Numbered from the stretch's first letter, positions 24,774-37,283 are shown. The stretch is 64,000 bases of DNA from Podarcis liolepis (GCA_965112155.1 OZ218102.1); one strand, 5' to 3'. Made by a program: numbers and translations. The notes: generated by a model not told the origin, from the sequence alone.

Positions 24774-26331
24774 AATAGAAATATTTATAAGTGCTAGAGG
24801 ATTGGATGGAGTAACAATAGGAATTTGCATTAAGAGTTTTAAAAAAGAAGAGAGAGAAATATGGCACCCATCTGATCATCAGGTTCAGTCAAGGGCAATT
24901 TAGTGCAGTCTAATGACTGACGTAAGAAATAGGATCTGCCGAGGATAAGAAATATAATGTGGGAAACTTCAATGAAGCCATTCTCTCCAAAACCTGCATA
25001 ATGTTCAGTTCCAGAGCCAAGAATTTCATTTATTAAAAAAATTAAAAAATCTGGATTTTTGTTTAGTGTCCACTTCACAATGCCTTTTGTTTTTAAACCA
25101 CAGTATTAATGAAAGAAACGCCATTTTCTCTGATACATTTATTACATAAAAGAAACAGGTGAATAAATGTACTGTTAACCCAGCCCAAAGGTACAGAAAA
25201 GCTTCCATCTGTTTTGTTTAAGGAGCGGCGAGATTATGGAAGGGGACACACCTTTGTTTGTTTGTTTAAAACATTTACACCCCACTTAGGATATCTGCAG
25301 TTGTGCGTGGTACATCAAAAAGTCCCATGCTCCTTCAGTTCCATGATGGAACTTGCTCAGCCTTAAAAGAAAACTTAAGTCATTCTAAACATTTAGAGCA
25401 CAGCATTTAGAATGCACATACATCTTTATGTACAAGTGTTGTTCCACACCCTTGTCCTAAATGTTCATTTCCAGATGGAATGCAAGTGAGTCCATGACAG
25501 CTGTTAAGCTCACTAGTAAGAGACGAAGTCCTTTGTAGCTATTTCAAGGTTCCCCTTTTCTAGAGGCTTCATGCAACAACATTTCCTTGGTAGTTTGTGT
25601 GTGTCCTTGTAACCCTGGAGCCAGGCAAATAGTTGTGGAGCAACCCCTTAAACAGCTTGGTAGTAGCCTATAATCCCACCCCAATGAAAATTGTGAATCC
25701 ACACAGCAAATGTGAATGTGAATGAAACAGTTCTGAATTGTTCTTCGAGTTTTAGGCTAAGTATGTGAAAAAGGGAAACAAATAGCTTGTTTTACAGTTC
25801 CAGATGAAAAATGAGAGAGGGAAATGATTTTATTTCAAAGAAAAGTACTTCTTGTACTACTGCACATATTTAACCTGTAGAATTCATAGCTGTGATATTA
25901 TACAAATCCACAGAGAATTGTTCCACCAGGAGCTAATGTATCCAATATCTACCCCAAAATCCTGTAATACAAAAACAAGTAACAATAACTTAACAATTCA
26001 TGAGTCTGTCATAGGCTTATTTCATACATTATCCTAGCAGTGTAATTCCTACTTGGGATTGACAGCAGTCCACTGGTTGGTTGTATGAAGCAGCACTTTT
26101 ATTTAAAAAAAATGCCAAAAATAACCCTGTGAGCAGCAGCCTCTATTCCGCCCCCCGCCCTTTGTTCAGCTCAGTCAGTTCTTGGGCCCTAGTTCACACT
26201 GTATGGAGGCATGTTTGTGCCAATTTCCAAGTTACCCCATTTTGTAACAAGTTGCGGGACGGTTTGTGAACAGCATTAAAATCTCAGTTTTTAAAGAGTA
26301 CTCTTACAAAGAAAGTTAATCTGCAATTAGT

Positions 26332-26830
26332 TCAGAGTTGGAAAAGGTTCAGAAAAGACAACCAAAATGATCATGGAATTGGATCAACTCCCCTGTGAAG
26401 AAAGGTTGTTTAGAGAAAAGGTGAGGAAGGATAGAGGGTGCATGATAATGTTGTATAAAATTGTGCATGATGCAGACTTTGTCAGACTGTAACTTGGGGT
26501 CATCCAATGAAACTGAATGTTGGAAGATTCAGGACAGGACGTACTGTGGAGTTTGCTTCCAGAAGACGTAGTGATGGCCACAAGCTTGGAGGCTTTAAAT
26601 GAGGATTGGACAAATTCACAGAGGACAAGGCTTTCAATGGCTATTAGCTTTGCCTCTACTTTTGGAGCAGTCTGCCTCTGAATACCAGTTGTTATGCATC
26701 ACAAGTGGGGAGAGCACTTTTGTACTCAAGAGCTGTTTGTGGGCTTCCTGCGGGCTTGTTTGGCCAATTGGATAACAGAATGCTGGACTAGGTGAGCCTT
26801 TGGCCCAATCCAACTGGGCTCTAATGTTCC
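26332..26830 (+). mobile_element. CR1 LINE 3' portion (ORF2 C-terminus plus 3' UTR), degraded
   Basis: gagttggaaaaggttcagaaaag (ELEKVQK), ggtcatccaatgaaactg (GHPMKL), ggattggacaaattc (GLDKF) and a CR1-type 3' UTR. Confidence 0.8.
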
Positions 26831-27144
26831 GTGTGCACCTCTGGTGTCTGAAAATCCAGGTGTTCAAGCTTAGTGCCTTATTTGAGGGTCCCACTTCTTC
26901 GTTGTACATCCATGCAGCTCATCACACTAAATTGGACATTAGAGCTAGTTGCTCTCCAAGTTGCTATCCCCACCAAATGACAAGATGCATTTAAAAAGAA
27001 ACAACAACACCTACAGCTAGTTGCTGTTTGCACAGTGGACCAGGAATGGGAAATGTTGTGGACCCATCCCCAAGGCTGCCACCATGAGGCCATCCCCATA
27101 GGAGTGATTGCATAAATCAATCGTAATGCAGGAACAGGGGCGAT

Positions 27145-27503
27145 TGTGTGAATTTGCTATCCGGAAATAAATAGCATTGAAATATACTCAGAGTCGAGAG
27201 TGGATTTCATGCTCTTTATTCAGCTCATAGTGGTGAGGAGGAATGAAAGTCCCCTCAAAGTATCTGCTTTATATACATTATTTACACAATGGGCTGCACA
27301 TGATTGGCTAATTCCGCAATTCTCCTGTAGGCCAATCAGGTTGTGGATTCACTTCCATCTGGAGCCGGATTGGGTGGCTCCTGCAGACCAATCATACTGC
27401 TGCATTGTTCTAGGACCATTCAGACTGCTGCATTCTGAATCCTATTGTTCTAGGACCAACCAGACTGCTGCATTTTGGATCCTATTCAACTCAGTACATA
27501 ACA
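27145..27503 (-). mobile_element. Solo LTR (probably Gypsy-type)
   Basis: Minus strand starts TGTTATGTACTGAG, has several CCAAT boxes and internal ~40-bp repeats, then TATATAAA, then AATAAA, and ends in CA. TSD and left edge uncertain. Confidence 0.7.
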
Positions 27504-27980
27504 AGGATATTTGTGGGAACAAAGTGGAGATAGGTGTTGAGGAATCACAGAGAGGTAAAAGGGAGGGGATTTAGTGAATGGCAGCAGGAGCTGGATGAGG
27601 CTCTTGGAAGTGTAGGATGTTGTTATACTGATGGTTTGGGAAAGGTTATCTATAGAGGATCAGTGAAATAAAATATTCATTCATTCATTCACAAAGGTAT
27701 GTTTTGCTTCCCATCCCTCAATCTCAAAGTGGCTTACAACATATGCATAAAAAGATAGGAAGTATCATGAAACATCATCACAACAATACTGCACATACTT
27801 TAAAACTCAAGCAAAACTGACTTAGAACTCGGCTTCTCCCATCCTAAGGCTTTAGCTAGGCTAATGAAACTCCCTTGTTGAGGAGTAAATAATAGATATT
27901 GTAAGACTCTTTTCTCCAGCTTTGCAACATTGGCTTTCTATCAGACTCATTCCAAAATACAGTGACCGTATGAGAGATAA

Positions 27981-28014
27981 TGTGGAATCAGTGCAAGTGT
28001 GGAATCAGTGCAAG
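27981..28014. repeat. Perfect 17-bp tandem duplication (tgtggaatcagtgcaag)x2
   Basis: Directly visible. Confidence 0.9.
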
Positions 28015-28627
28015 TTTCACTCTTCCTTTCCCTCCATTTTTGCTGAAGCTCAGATTGTCCATATTAAACTTTTGCAGAGTTCTTTAAAAAAACAATTAAG
28101 CTTTGCACGATTGTTTATGATGTTCTGTCATTTCTTTTTTTCAATCTTGTTATAGCTCCGAAGTGCTGCAACATAATGGCTGTTTATCAGAATATTCATA
28201 GATATTTCCTGTGACAGGAGATATAGGCATGTGTGTCAAACTGTTTCCATGGAGGAGAAAAAGATGCATGTGCTTAGATTTTGCTCAAAATTATGACATT
28301 CAGTTGTAAACTTGACAGAACTAGTTCAGCACATAATCCATAATAAAATATGAATTGTGGCATTTAAACATGCCAGTTTGTAGGCAAAGATGCTTTTTAA
28401 AAGATATTACAAAGTAGTTAAAAGACCCGTGAAACTTCACAGGTGGGTGAGCTGTATCTCCTTCCCCATCCCTTTGCACGAAGGGGCAATGTTCTGTGGA
28501 AAAGTGTACAGATATATCGCGTTGTTGTTGTTTTCAGTTTTGCGGGAAGGGTGCCTCCAAACAAGTTGCCTTTTAGAATGATAGCAGGAAGCAGTGACCT
28601 CGCTCTGATTTGGCATTGTGATATCAG

Positions 28628-28892
28628 TGTTAAGTTGTGAGTGATCATATCAGACAACACAGCGATTCTTCAAACAGCTCTTGTTTATTCACAGGCCAGG
28701 CCAGAACTGAACTGAAGGGTTCAGCCAGCCTGCTTATGTAGAGCTCCACTACAACGCAACAGTAACCACTTTCTGTAACTATCCAATCACTCTGCGTCAC
28801 TTTCAATCCCTTGTTTGCATATGTGGACCTGAGTGAAAACTATCTACAGTACCCCCCCTGCTGGCCCAGGGTGAGAACCTCAGTACATAACA
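28628..28892 (-). mobile_element. Solo LTR, 265 bp
   Basis: TGTTA...TAACA termini, 5-bp flanks atcag / atcac, minus-strand AATAAA, and the same 14-nt 5' end (TGTTATGTACTGAG) as 27145-27503. Confidence 0.75.
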
Positions 28893-28935
28893 ATCACCAC
28901 ATAGCCACTTCTGATAGCTTAATCTTAATCTTGGC

Positions 28936-29250
28936 TCTTCATGCATTGTATAGTTAAACTATGGAATTCCACAGGAAGTAGTGATGACCATCAACTTGGA
29001 CAGGTTTAAAATGGGATTAGACAAATTCATGGAGAGTAAGGCTATCAGTGGCCATGTACTACCTCAATTATTGCAGCGTTGTGCCACTGAATACCAGCTG
29101 CTGGGGGCAATCTGCAGGAGAAAGCTATTTTGCTCATGTCCTGCTTGTGGGCTTCCCATAGGCACCTGGGTGGTCGGTATGAGAACAGAATACTAAACTG
29201 GGTAGGCCTTTGGTCTGATCCAGCAGGGTGCGAAAGTATGTTCTTTATGT
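28936..29250 (+). mobile_element. CR1 LINE 3' end
   Basis: Encodes ...NLDRFKMGLDKFME (CR1 ORF2 C-terminus) and has a 3' UTR homologous to about 26570-26830. Confidence 0.8.
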
Positions 29251-29272
29251 AATGACAGCCCACTACTTACTT

Positions 29273-29481
29273 TAGGGCTGCCATACGTCTGGATTTTCCC
29301 AGACATTACCGGACTCTCAAATGTGAACTTGACATCCGGGGGGAATTTCTGAAAGGTGGCACTTTGTCCTGGATCTTAGGCAAGTCAATCGAAAAATCGT
29401 GGTGTTTTGGCGTTTTTGTACAAAAAGCTCAACAACTTTTGGGGTGTCCTGGTTTTTACTTTTTGAAATATGACAACCCTA
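29273..29481. mobile_element. hAT MITE, 209 bp
   Basis: TIRs tagggctgccata / tatgacaacccta (11/13) and a perfect 8-bp TSD acttactt (29265-29272, 29482-29489). Confidence 0.88.
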
Positions 29482-32400
29482 ACTTACTTAGAAGAAAGTG
29501 AATAATGCACAGGAAACTATTAGGGTGGTGTATAAACCTGTTTATTGCCTCAGCTTATGCCAACAAATAAGAGTCAAGATGGCTCATGAGTTTGCATAGC
29601 CCCATCTTGATTTCTGTTTTTTTAGTCAATCAGGAGTTTGACAAAATAGATTGAGGCTATTTTGCAGTTTGCATTTACTCTAGAGCTGAATTAGGACTTT
29701 AGTGAGCCCCATTTTGTGCTAGGGGGTAGGAAATCCAGTATGGTCTCTTCATTTCATTCTAAGCATTTGGATATGTGGCACTGCATTTTTGACTAATTAG
29801 GTATTAAGGATGATTTTGAAATTAAATAAGAAAGCACTGTGGAGTTTGCAGAGCAGAGAAACTGCAGCTAGGAATGTACCTATAATTTAGGGTAAAGAGC
29901 AATAATGAGAGCCCATAAAAATAAATAGCCATGATGTTAAATAGACTGCATATCATTTGCACCTCAAGACTTTGCTTGGATTTTGTGCCAGTTAAGAAAT
30001 GTGGTAATAAGCATATGCAGGTTTTGCCAAGAGAATTTCTTAAACATAAAAATTCATTTGTTTTGAAGGGGTTTAGGGTTCCAGAAAATATTCACAAAGG
30101 GAATAAGGGGCAGGCATCATTAAAGAGTCTGCTTCCAGTTTGAGGCAATTCTCCACACACTGATCAGTTGTGGGATGGAGATACTTTAGAGCTGAGGTAG
30201 CTGTGGTCATCTTGTAATCTCTGCTGAGTGTAATATACAAGCAGATTTTTTTTAATCGCATGTAGGCAAAACAATGTAACTGCTGCTTTTCTGAGTACTT
30301 TTTTGCCACATGGGTAAGAGCCATTTGTTCCATGTCTCCACATGTGTGCTTCTCATTCCCAGAGGCTGTGGCTTAAAGCATCTACTGCATCCCATGATGC
30401 ACATGGGCTCCTGCTGTGCAGCCCCTGATGATCCTGTACCTTTATGCTCCCATGCATCACTACTGCAAGGAGAAAGAGAAGAGCTGGCAGGCAGGTGCAC
30501 ATGCTACCCAAACGACAGAGTGTGATGGATTGAGCAGCCCTTGGAACAACATGTTCTTTGTTGGGCTGCACATGCATCTATTGCCTCTGTTCTTTATGCT
30601 CCTGGCTCTTCTGTTTCTCCAAAACAAATCCATTGGACATTAGTGGTATATTTGATCCATATATTAATAGTCGTAACACAGAGGAAGGTGACCTCCAAGT
30701 CACATGCAGGTTTTAGAGGAGGATTCTTTTCGCACAACTAGGTAAGCACTTCTGAATGCCCAGCAAACATTTTTAATGAAAGAATTTTGGCCTTTGAAGG
30801 ATTTAAGAAAACATATATTGTTTGAGTTTTTTTGTTTTTTTTGTATGGAATTCATTTACTGAACTGGATATTAGAGCCATGTCAGGGCTGTGGGGAATTA
30901 TTCATGAGTCTAGATACACCTAAGCTACGTACACATTCCTGTTTACTCTGTATCCAGTGCACTTTACCACTGGTTTGGGAAGTAGAATACACACGTTAGC
31001 TACAGTGCATATCTATCCTATTGTTTCTTATGAAATACTGTGTTTTGATGTGTTTTTCCCCAAGCCAACTTAGATCTGAACTGAGAAAAAGCACAACGTG
31101 GCTACATTTTAAGCTGATGTTCACAGCCCTGTTCTCCAGCCCCAGGGTCCATGAGATCAGTTGCTGAAACTTGAGCTATGGATGGAAGTAGCAGGCAGAT
31201 GATACTTCTTGGTTGACTAGGCAAGGACTGAAATAAAAGGTCTTCATTTTCATCTTGCCTACCAGTCACAGTTGTACACCCCTCTTACGGTCTTCTGTGT
31301 TATTTGTGGCCTTCTAAAGTCCCAAGACACCCTGAAGAGAGCAGGACCCCTGAATTCACTTCTTAAATCTTAACCTTAGGTTCTGGGGATTCCCAGTTTA
31401 AAATATTGAAGTTTCTCACACAGGCAAGGAAAGCATAAGTTTTGTTTTGTTTGTAATTTACTGCTCCAAGCCCAAGAGAGTGGACAAGTCATGATACATT
31501 TTGTTTATCTAAAGCTGTTCAAATATCCTCAAATTGCATTTAGAATGCTACAAATTCTAATAATGTGTTTTAAGTTTGGTGAAAAGAGGAATAGCCAACA
31601 ACATTCCCCTTCTCAAACAAAAGGGAAATTTATCCCCCTCCACTGAGGCATAAAAGTAGTCTACTCATAGTCATTTATCTGCAAAGTCAGTGCTCGTGGT
31701 GGTAATTCATCAAACATTTTTTGTGGAGTGAATCTGGCGGCGTTCCTTGGCATTGGTCTTTGAAATTCTAAGCGTTCTTACATCCTTAGGGAATACTGTG
31801 ACTTTCACTTCTTATTGCACATCTGGAAGGAATGTTGTTCCTGCTTTGTTTTATGGTAGAGGGATTCCCTCCTCCCCAAGACAGTTATTTCACCTCTTTG
31901 AACCATCCATTAAAGTTGAACTATGGGTTCTTTGTGCCTACAATCAGTGTACAGGATAGAGTTCTATACTTACCTCTGTGCAAATTCACTGTTGGGGACA
32001 GCTGGGGAAGCAGCACTGTGGAGTGTGGGTTCCAACACTCGGCCCCTGATAATGGCTTGAGCTAGTAAAACTGGAGTGTAGCAATTAGAAGATAGTGCTC
32101 TGTTGAGCAGAAGGCCAGGCTTCTATTCTTCACCCCAGGACTGGCCAATCTGGAGGCTACATGTTGCTGAAAAGCTTTCAGAGGGACAGATTTTGTCTTC
32201 CAAAGGCTTGTCTCCATCTTTCATGTTATGTTCCATCTCTGTTCACTTCTTCCTATTGCTGACAGAGTGGAGTTTTCCTTCCCTGAAGTACCTGTGTGAC
32301 ATCATGGCTTGGCTCATAAGAGAAGTGTATCATCCATTATTCTGATTGTTAAAGATTCTAGAACCTCTAATAAAAGGCTTCATTGGGCGATCTGTGAGGG

Positions 32401-32789
32401 ACCGTGCGTATACTGCAGAGCCAGGCACAGACGAGAGAAGGATGTTCAACAACGTCCCTTTTGCATGTACCCAAAGAAGGCTTGGGGAGAGAGAGTAAGA
32501 GTATGTGTTCCTAACTACCAATTATGATGCACTGCACTTATAATGCAAGGCAGGATGTGACACAGCGGCTACAGGGAAAGACACTCCATTCTGCCAGCAG
32601 CTAGTCCAGGGCTAGATGTGGCGCAGAACTGAGCAGAGCTGAAGCATGACACGAAAGATGGAAGCAAGATTTAGAAGACTCACGCATGTACCATTCTGGA
32701 ATATATTTCAGCCAGCAAAGTAGGATCCAACGATTGGTTTTTGTTGTGGTAAAGTCATCATGAGGTATCATGACGGTAACAGTTAGAAT

Positions 32790-32970
32790 TTAATGGTAAG
32801 TTTTGGACCTGGATCAGGGAGAGCTAGATTCAAACCCAATTAAGCCATGCAGCTAACTGTCTGATCTTGGTGAGATCTTGGTGATGATGTGAGAGACATC
32901 ATCTACCTCAAAGGGTTGATGGGAAAGCACATGTACGGTAGGTCATCCTGGAGGGAAAACAATGGGATTT
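32790..32970 (+). mobile_element. Highly degraded tRNA-derived SINE (Squam3/MIR-like)
   Basis: B-box remnant agattcaaaccc and core remnants gccatgcagct...gatcttgg and ctacctcaaagggttg. Boundaries approximate. Confidence 0.4.
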
Positions 32971-33786
32971 TGTAGAAAAAATGGAAGTTAGTGCTTAGAA
33001 GATTCTGAGGGTTTTTATTAAATAAAAAAAGAAAAAAAATATGACTAATAAATTTTCATTGGCAATGGTAGCTTAGCAATTTAAATTTATACAATTGGAT
33101 ATGAAATTGACTCCAAACGTGCATTCAGACACACAACAATTTGGCAGTGTGATTCTGCATCATTTATGAGTAACTGAAAGACTTTCCCATAACATCCCAA
33201 CAGTATGTAACTTACGCAAACTGGCCACTACCACCATATGACTAAATAATTTAAGATGTGCTTACATCCAGCAGGATTTAAAATTAAGTATGTCGTTTGA
33301 TGAATAGGGGTGCATTTTTCAAAGCCCTTTGTATGCCGAAATAGGAACCTATAAGAAGAATAAGAGTTAATGCTCTTTGGAAGTTTTATGTAACTAAAAT
33401 CCAGCAAAAATTGAATTTGGAGCAAGATCTCAAAGACAAATGGTGTAGGGCAAAATGCCAAGAACAGATGCATTAATAATCCCCATAAAGCAATGGTAGC
33501 CAACTAATTTGAGATATTAAAGGAAATCATGAGTTTAAACTTTCCTATATTTCGAAGATGCAAGGTTCCATCGATAAGTGCAGGAAATATTAAACTACAC
33601 CATTAATGCACAAGGAGAACAATAAAATATCCAGAGATCTTATTTCAGTTCTTTATTTTTACTTTCGAAATGGAATCCATTATCTTACGTGAATGATTGT
33701 AAAGACTTACTGTACCTTTTAGGGATTCTTTTATGCTGTTTTTATAAATTGCCAATTGTAATCAAGTAGTATGGACTTGGGTGCAT

Positions 33787-33866
33787 GACATCTTTATTGG
33801 ACCAATTTATACAGATGAAAATGTGTGCAGACTTTCAAGTTTCACAGAAACTTTGTTAAGCAAAAT
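33787..33866 (-). mobile_element. Decayed Penelope-like terminus (second family)
   Basis: Minus strand reads gcttaacaaagtttctgtgaaacttgaaagtctgcacac...ttggtccaataaagatgtc, which follows the pLTR layout (hammerhead remnant, then AATAAA). Confidence 0.45.
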
Positions 33867-34235
33867 GGAAAAGTACCTGTCTTTTATAATATATGGGAGG
33901 AGACACAAACCTTTCAAATCTACAATCTATTTTAAAATAATACTATTCAACAAGAATATATTATAGATGTGAAACACATACCCCCACCAGCTCAATTATT
34001 AATTGTCCGTGTTTCTGAACTTGCTTGATGAGTTCTTAGAGAAAACTTCCATTGTCCCTAGCATCCCAGAATTCCTTTGATTCCTAGTGTTGGTGCATGC
34101 ATGCTGCTGCTGCCTTGCTTGTACTTCAGCTGGTGCAAATGCTGCTGACAGGGTTTGAGCTAGAGCCCATTCAGTCTGCACTGGCTTCCAGTTTGTTTGT
34201 TTGTTTGTTTCCTGAGCTTATTTCAAAGCTCTTAA

Positions 34236-34533
34236 TGCGGGACTTGACCTCTTTCCGCAGGGCCTGCAAGACAGAGCTGTTCCACCAGGCCTTTGGCCAG
34301 GGCACAGCCTGACTCCCTCCTTTGGCAATCTTCACAGAACTCTAGCCCAATGGTTGCCATTAATTTGATTTGAATTAATTTTATAATGAAATGATTTTAG
34401 AATGTTTTATTTATTTATTTATTTGTAGAATGTTTTATTTTTTTATTGTTGTTAGCCACCCTGAGCCCAGCTTTGGCTGGAGAGGGCAGGATATAAATAA
34501 AAAATTATTATTATTATTATTATTATTATTATT
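34236..34533 (+). mobile_element. L2 LINE 3' end (second family) with (TTA)n tail
   Basis: Encodes RDLTSFRRACKTELFHQAF (L2 ORF2 C-terminus), then a stem-loop gccaccctgagccc...gggcagg and a (TTA)10 tail. Confidence 0.8.
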
Positions 34534-35282
34534 GGTTGGGATCAGAATATTTAATGGACTACCTTTCCCCACATTGAATTTGCCCATTCACAGAGGAGTC
34601 CCAGGACAAGGCTTTTACATTTGTGGCTTGTGGTGATCCCTGCCTCAAGAGACCCAGTGGATCTTCTCCTTACTGGCATTGCAGCACACAATAAAGGCCA
34701 TTTTGTTTCTCTGTGGCCCTTTCAGGCAGGAAGGCAGGGTATAAACATTTAAATAAAGAAGTGCTTGAACTTTTAGCACCCATGGATGCTGCTGTTTTGC
34801 AACTGCTTGCCTAGCTTAAGAACCAGTGAGGAAGCACACACATCTGTCTATTTCAACCAGCAATTAGTGAGGGTTTCATTTAAGGCTGAGGTTGGGGTGA
34901 GAGTGGAGGAATTCCATGCATGGAGCTGCCAAGCAGCTGATGTTTAAGTGCCATACCTAAAGCAGACCATACATGCACAGAAGCTTGTTTAGCATTCCAA
35001 ACTGTAGATATATGGCCCTCAATTCAGATGTCAGTCAAGTATTGCAAGGTGGCAAAATTTACAATCTGAACCAGGTAATTGTGAACTTTGGAGTCCTTAC
35101 TAAGATGTACATTTTAGTAGTGTGTCAGGCACTGCCAGCATGATATATATAATAGTGCAATCTAATACTGATGTGAATGCTCCTTGTATAGAACATTAGG
35201 GATGAGATTTAGGAGTGGTTGAAATTCACTGTTGTCCTCGTACTCCCACCCCAGAGCCACTTTGTCTTCCAGAGCCCATTAG

Positions 35283-35603
35283 GAGGGCCGAATTTAGGTT
35301 TGATGAGGCCCTAAGCTACAGAAGGTAATGGGGCCCTTTATATGTCCAGCTGTCCTTTGCCAACAACAAATTGTCGCTGTTTTTGTGTTGCATATATGCT
35401 ATATGGTAATTTATGAACCTAATAGGTATCTAAAGCCATTTGCACATAACAAAATATGTATTTTATAAAAGTAATTGCTGAACTTATCTTATATTTTGGA
35501 TATGTACATCCAGGTTTTTTCCCTTGAATTTTTTTTTGTGGGGCCCCAAGAGAGTGGGGCCCTAAGCTATAGCTTGTTTAGCTTATACGTAAATCCAGCA
35601 CTG
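35283..35603. mobile_element. hAT non-autonomous element, 321 bp
   Basis: Termini gagggccgaattta / taaatccagcactg, 8-bp TSD cccattag / cccactag (7/8), and subterminal ggcccta/gggccc repeats at both ends. Confidence 0.8.
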
Positions 35604-35981
35604 CCCACTAGCATAATGTTGCATGATGATGTAATCTTTGGGAGAGGGGGGAGGGATGTCCTGTTACTCCAGAAGCCCCTTTCAGAGCAGCACTACATCA
35701 TTGTGTAGCATTTGTGTCAGAGGGCTTTTGGAGGAAATGGTGGTCACCTGGAAGAACTCCAGGGGGCAGTTTGAGAGCAACAATGAATGTTGTGTCCATC
35801 CTAAAATGTGTCCATCCCACCAATGATTTTGCTACCTACAAATAGGGTGGCAGAATGGCAATACCACTGTGGCTTGCCTCTAACAATCTGTCCAAGCCCT
35901 TTGCATATGCACTTTGGCTTGCACAGCTACCACCTCCTCCACAGTTGCTTACATAGTGACTGTTTCCACCCATATGGTTTA

Positions 35982-36239
35982 CAGTGGTACCTCAGGTTAA
36001 GAACTTAATTCATTCCGGAGGTCCATTCTTAACCTGAAACTGTTTTTAACCTGAAGCACCACTTTAGCGAATGGGGCCTCCCTCTACCAACGCGTTGCAG
36101 GAGCACAATTTCTGTTCTCATCCTGAAGCAAAGTTCTTAACCCGAGGTACTATTTCTGGATTAGCAGAGTCTGTAACCTGAAGCGTCTGTAACCTGAAGC
36201 ATCTGTAACCTGAAGCGTCTGTAACCCGAGGTACCACTG
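35982..36239. mobile_element. Tigger/pogo-like MITE
   Basis: TA|cagtggtacctcaggtta ... taacccgaggtaccactg|TA. The 16-mer gtctgtaacctgaagc is tandemly expanded relative to the 15016 copy. Confidence 0.9.
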
Positions 36240-36245
36240 TATTTT

Positions 36246-36516
36246 CCAGCATGGTGTAGTGGTTAAGATGGGTGGATTTGTAATCTGGTGAACTGGGTTC
36301 GCGTCTCTGCTCCTCCACATGCAGCTGCTGGGTGACCTTGGGCTAGTCACACTTCTCTGAAGTCTCTCAGCATCACTCAGCTCACAGAGTGTTTGTTGTG
36401 GGGGAGGAAGGGAAAGGAGATTGTTAGCCACTTTGAGACTACTCAATTGGAGTAAAAGGCAGGATATCAAGTCCAAACTCCTCCTCCTCCTCCTCTTCTT
36501 CTTTTTCTTCTTCTTC
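36246..36516 (+). mobile_element. Squam3-type SINE with (CTC)n(CTT)n tail
   Basis: Colinear and highly similar to 3642-3892. Confidence 0.85.
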
Positions 36517-36712
36517 CATGTGTACTTACAAAATACACATGGAACCCAGCCCCTTGTGACATGCATGGCTTCTATATTTTGTAAACATGTATGGAAGAGA
36601 AATTGCATAAGTAGAATCCTTTAAACATAACTGGACGGATGTGGGAGCAAACTATGGAGGCAGCAGCAGTAGCCACACCAGGAAAGAAAAGTGTAGAGTC
36701 CCAAAAGCAAAA

Positions 36713-37283
36713 GAGAGAGGCTGGCCACTGTGACTTCATGATGGTGCTCCCTCCTGGAAGGAGAGAGGCTGGCCATTGTGACCTCATGATGATGCTGCCT
36801 CCTGGAAGGAGAGAGGCTGGCCATTGTGACCTCATGATGATGCTGCCCCCCGGAAGGAGAGAGGCTGGCCACTGTGACCTCATGATGATGCTGCCCCCCG
36901 GAAGGAGAGAGGGTGGCCACTGTGACCTCATGACGATGCTGCCTCCCGGAAGGAGAGAGGCTGGCCATTGTGACCTCATGATGATGCTGCCCCCCGGAAG
37001 GAGAGAGGGTGGCTACTGTGACCTCATGATGATGCTGCCTCCCGGAAGGAGAGAGGGTGGCTACTGTGACCTCATGATGATGCTGCCTCCCGGAAGGAGA
37101 GAGGCTGGCCACTGTGACCTCATGATGATGCTGCCTCCCGGAAGGAGAGAGGCTGGCCATTGTGACCTCATGATGATGCTGCCTCCCGGAAGGAGAGAGG
37201 GTGGCCACTGTGACCTCATGATGATGATGCCTCCCGGAAGGAGAGAGGGTGGCCACTGTGACCTCATGATGATTCTGCCTCCC
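36713..37283. repeat. 48-bp minisatellite (VNTR), about 12 copies
   Basis: Unit gagagaggctggccactgtgacctcatgatgatgctgcctcccggaag, with copies starting every 48 bp from 36713 to 37241 and no indels. Confidence 0.97.

Noticed and set aside
36713-37283. CRISPR-like array or repeat-protein gene (215-aa and 211-aa ORFs)
   Set aside because: The units are contiguous with no unique spacers and the DNA is eukaryotic. The ORFs coincide with the tandem array, occur on both strands and lack clear splice or promoter support.
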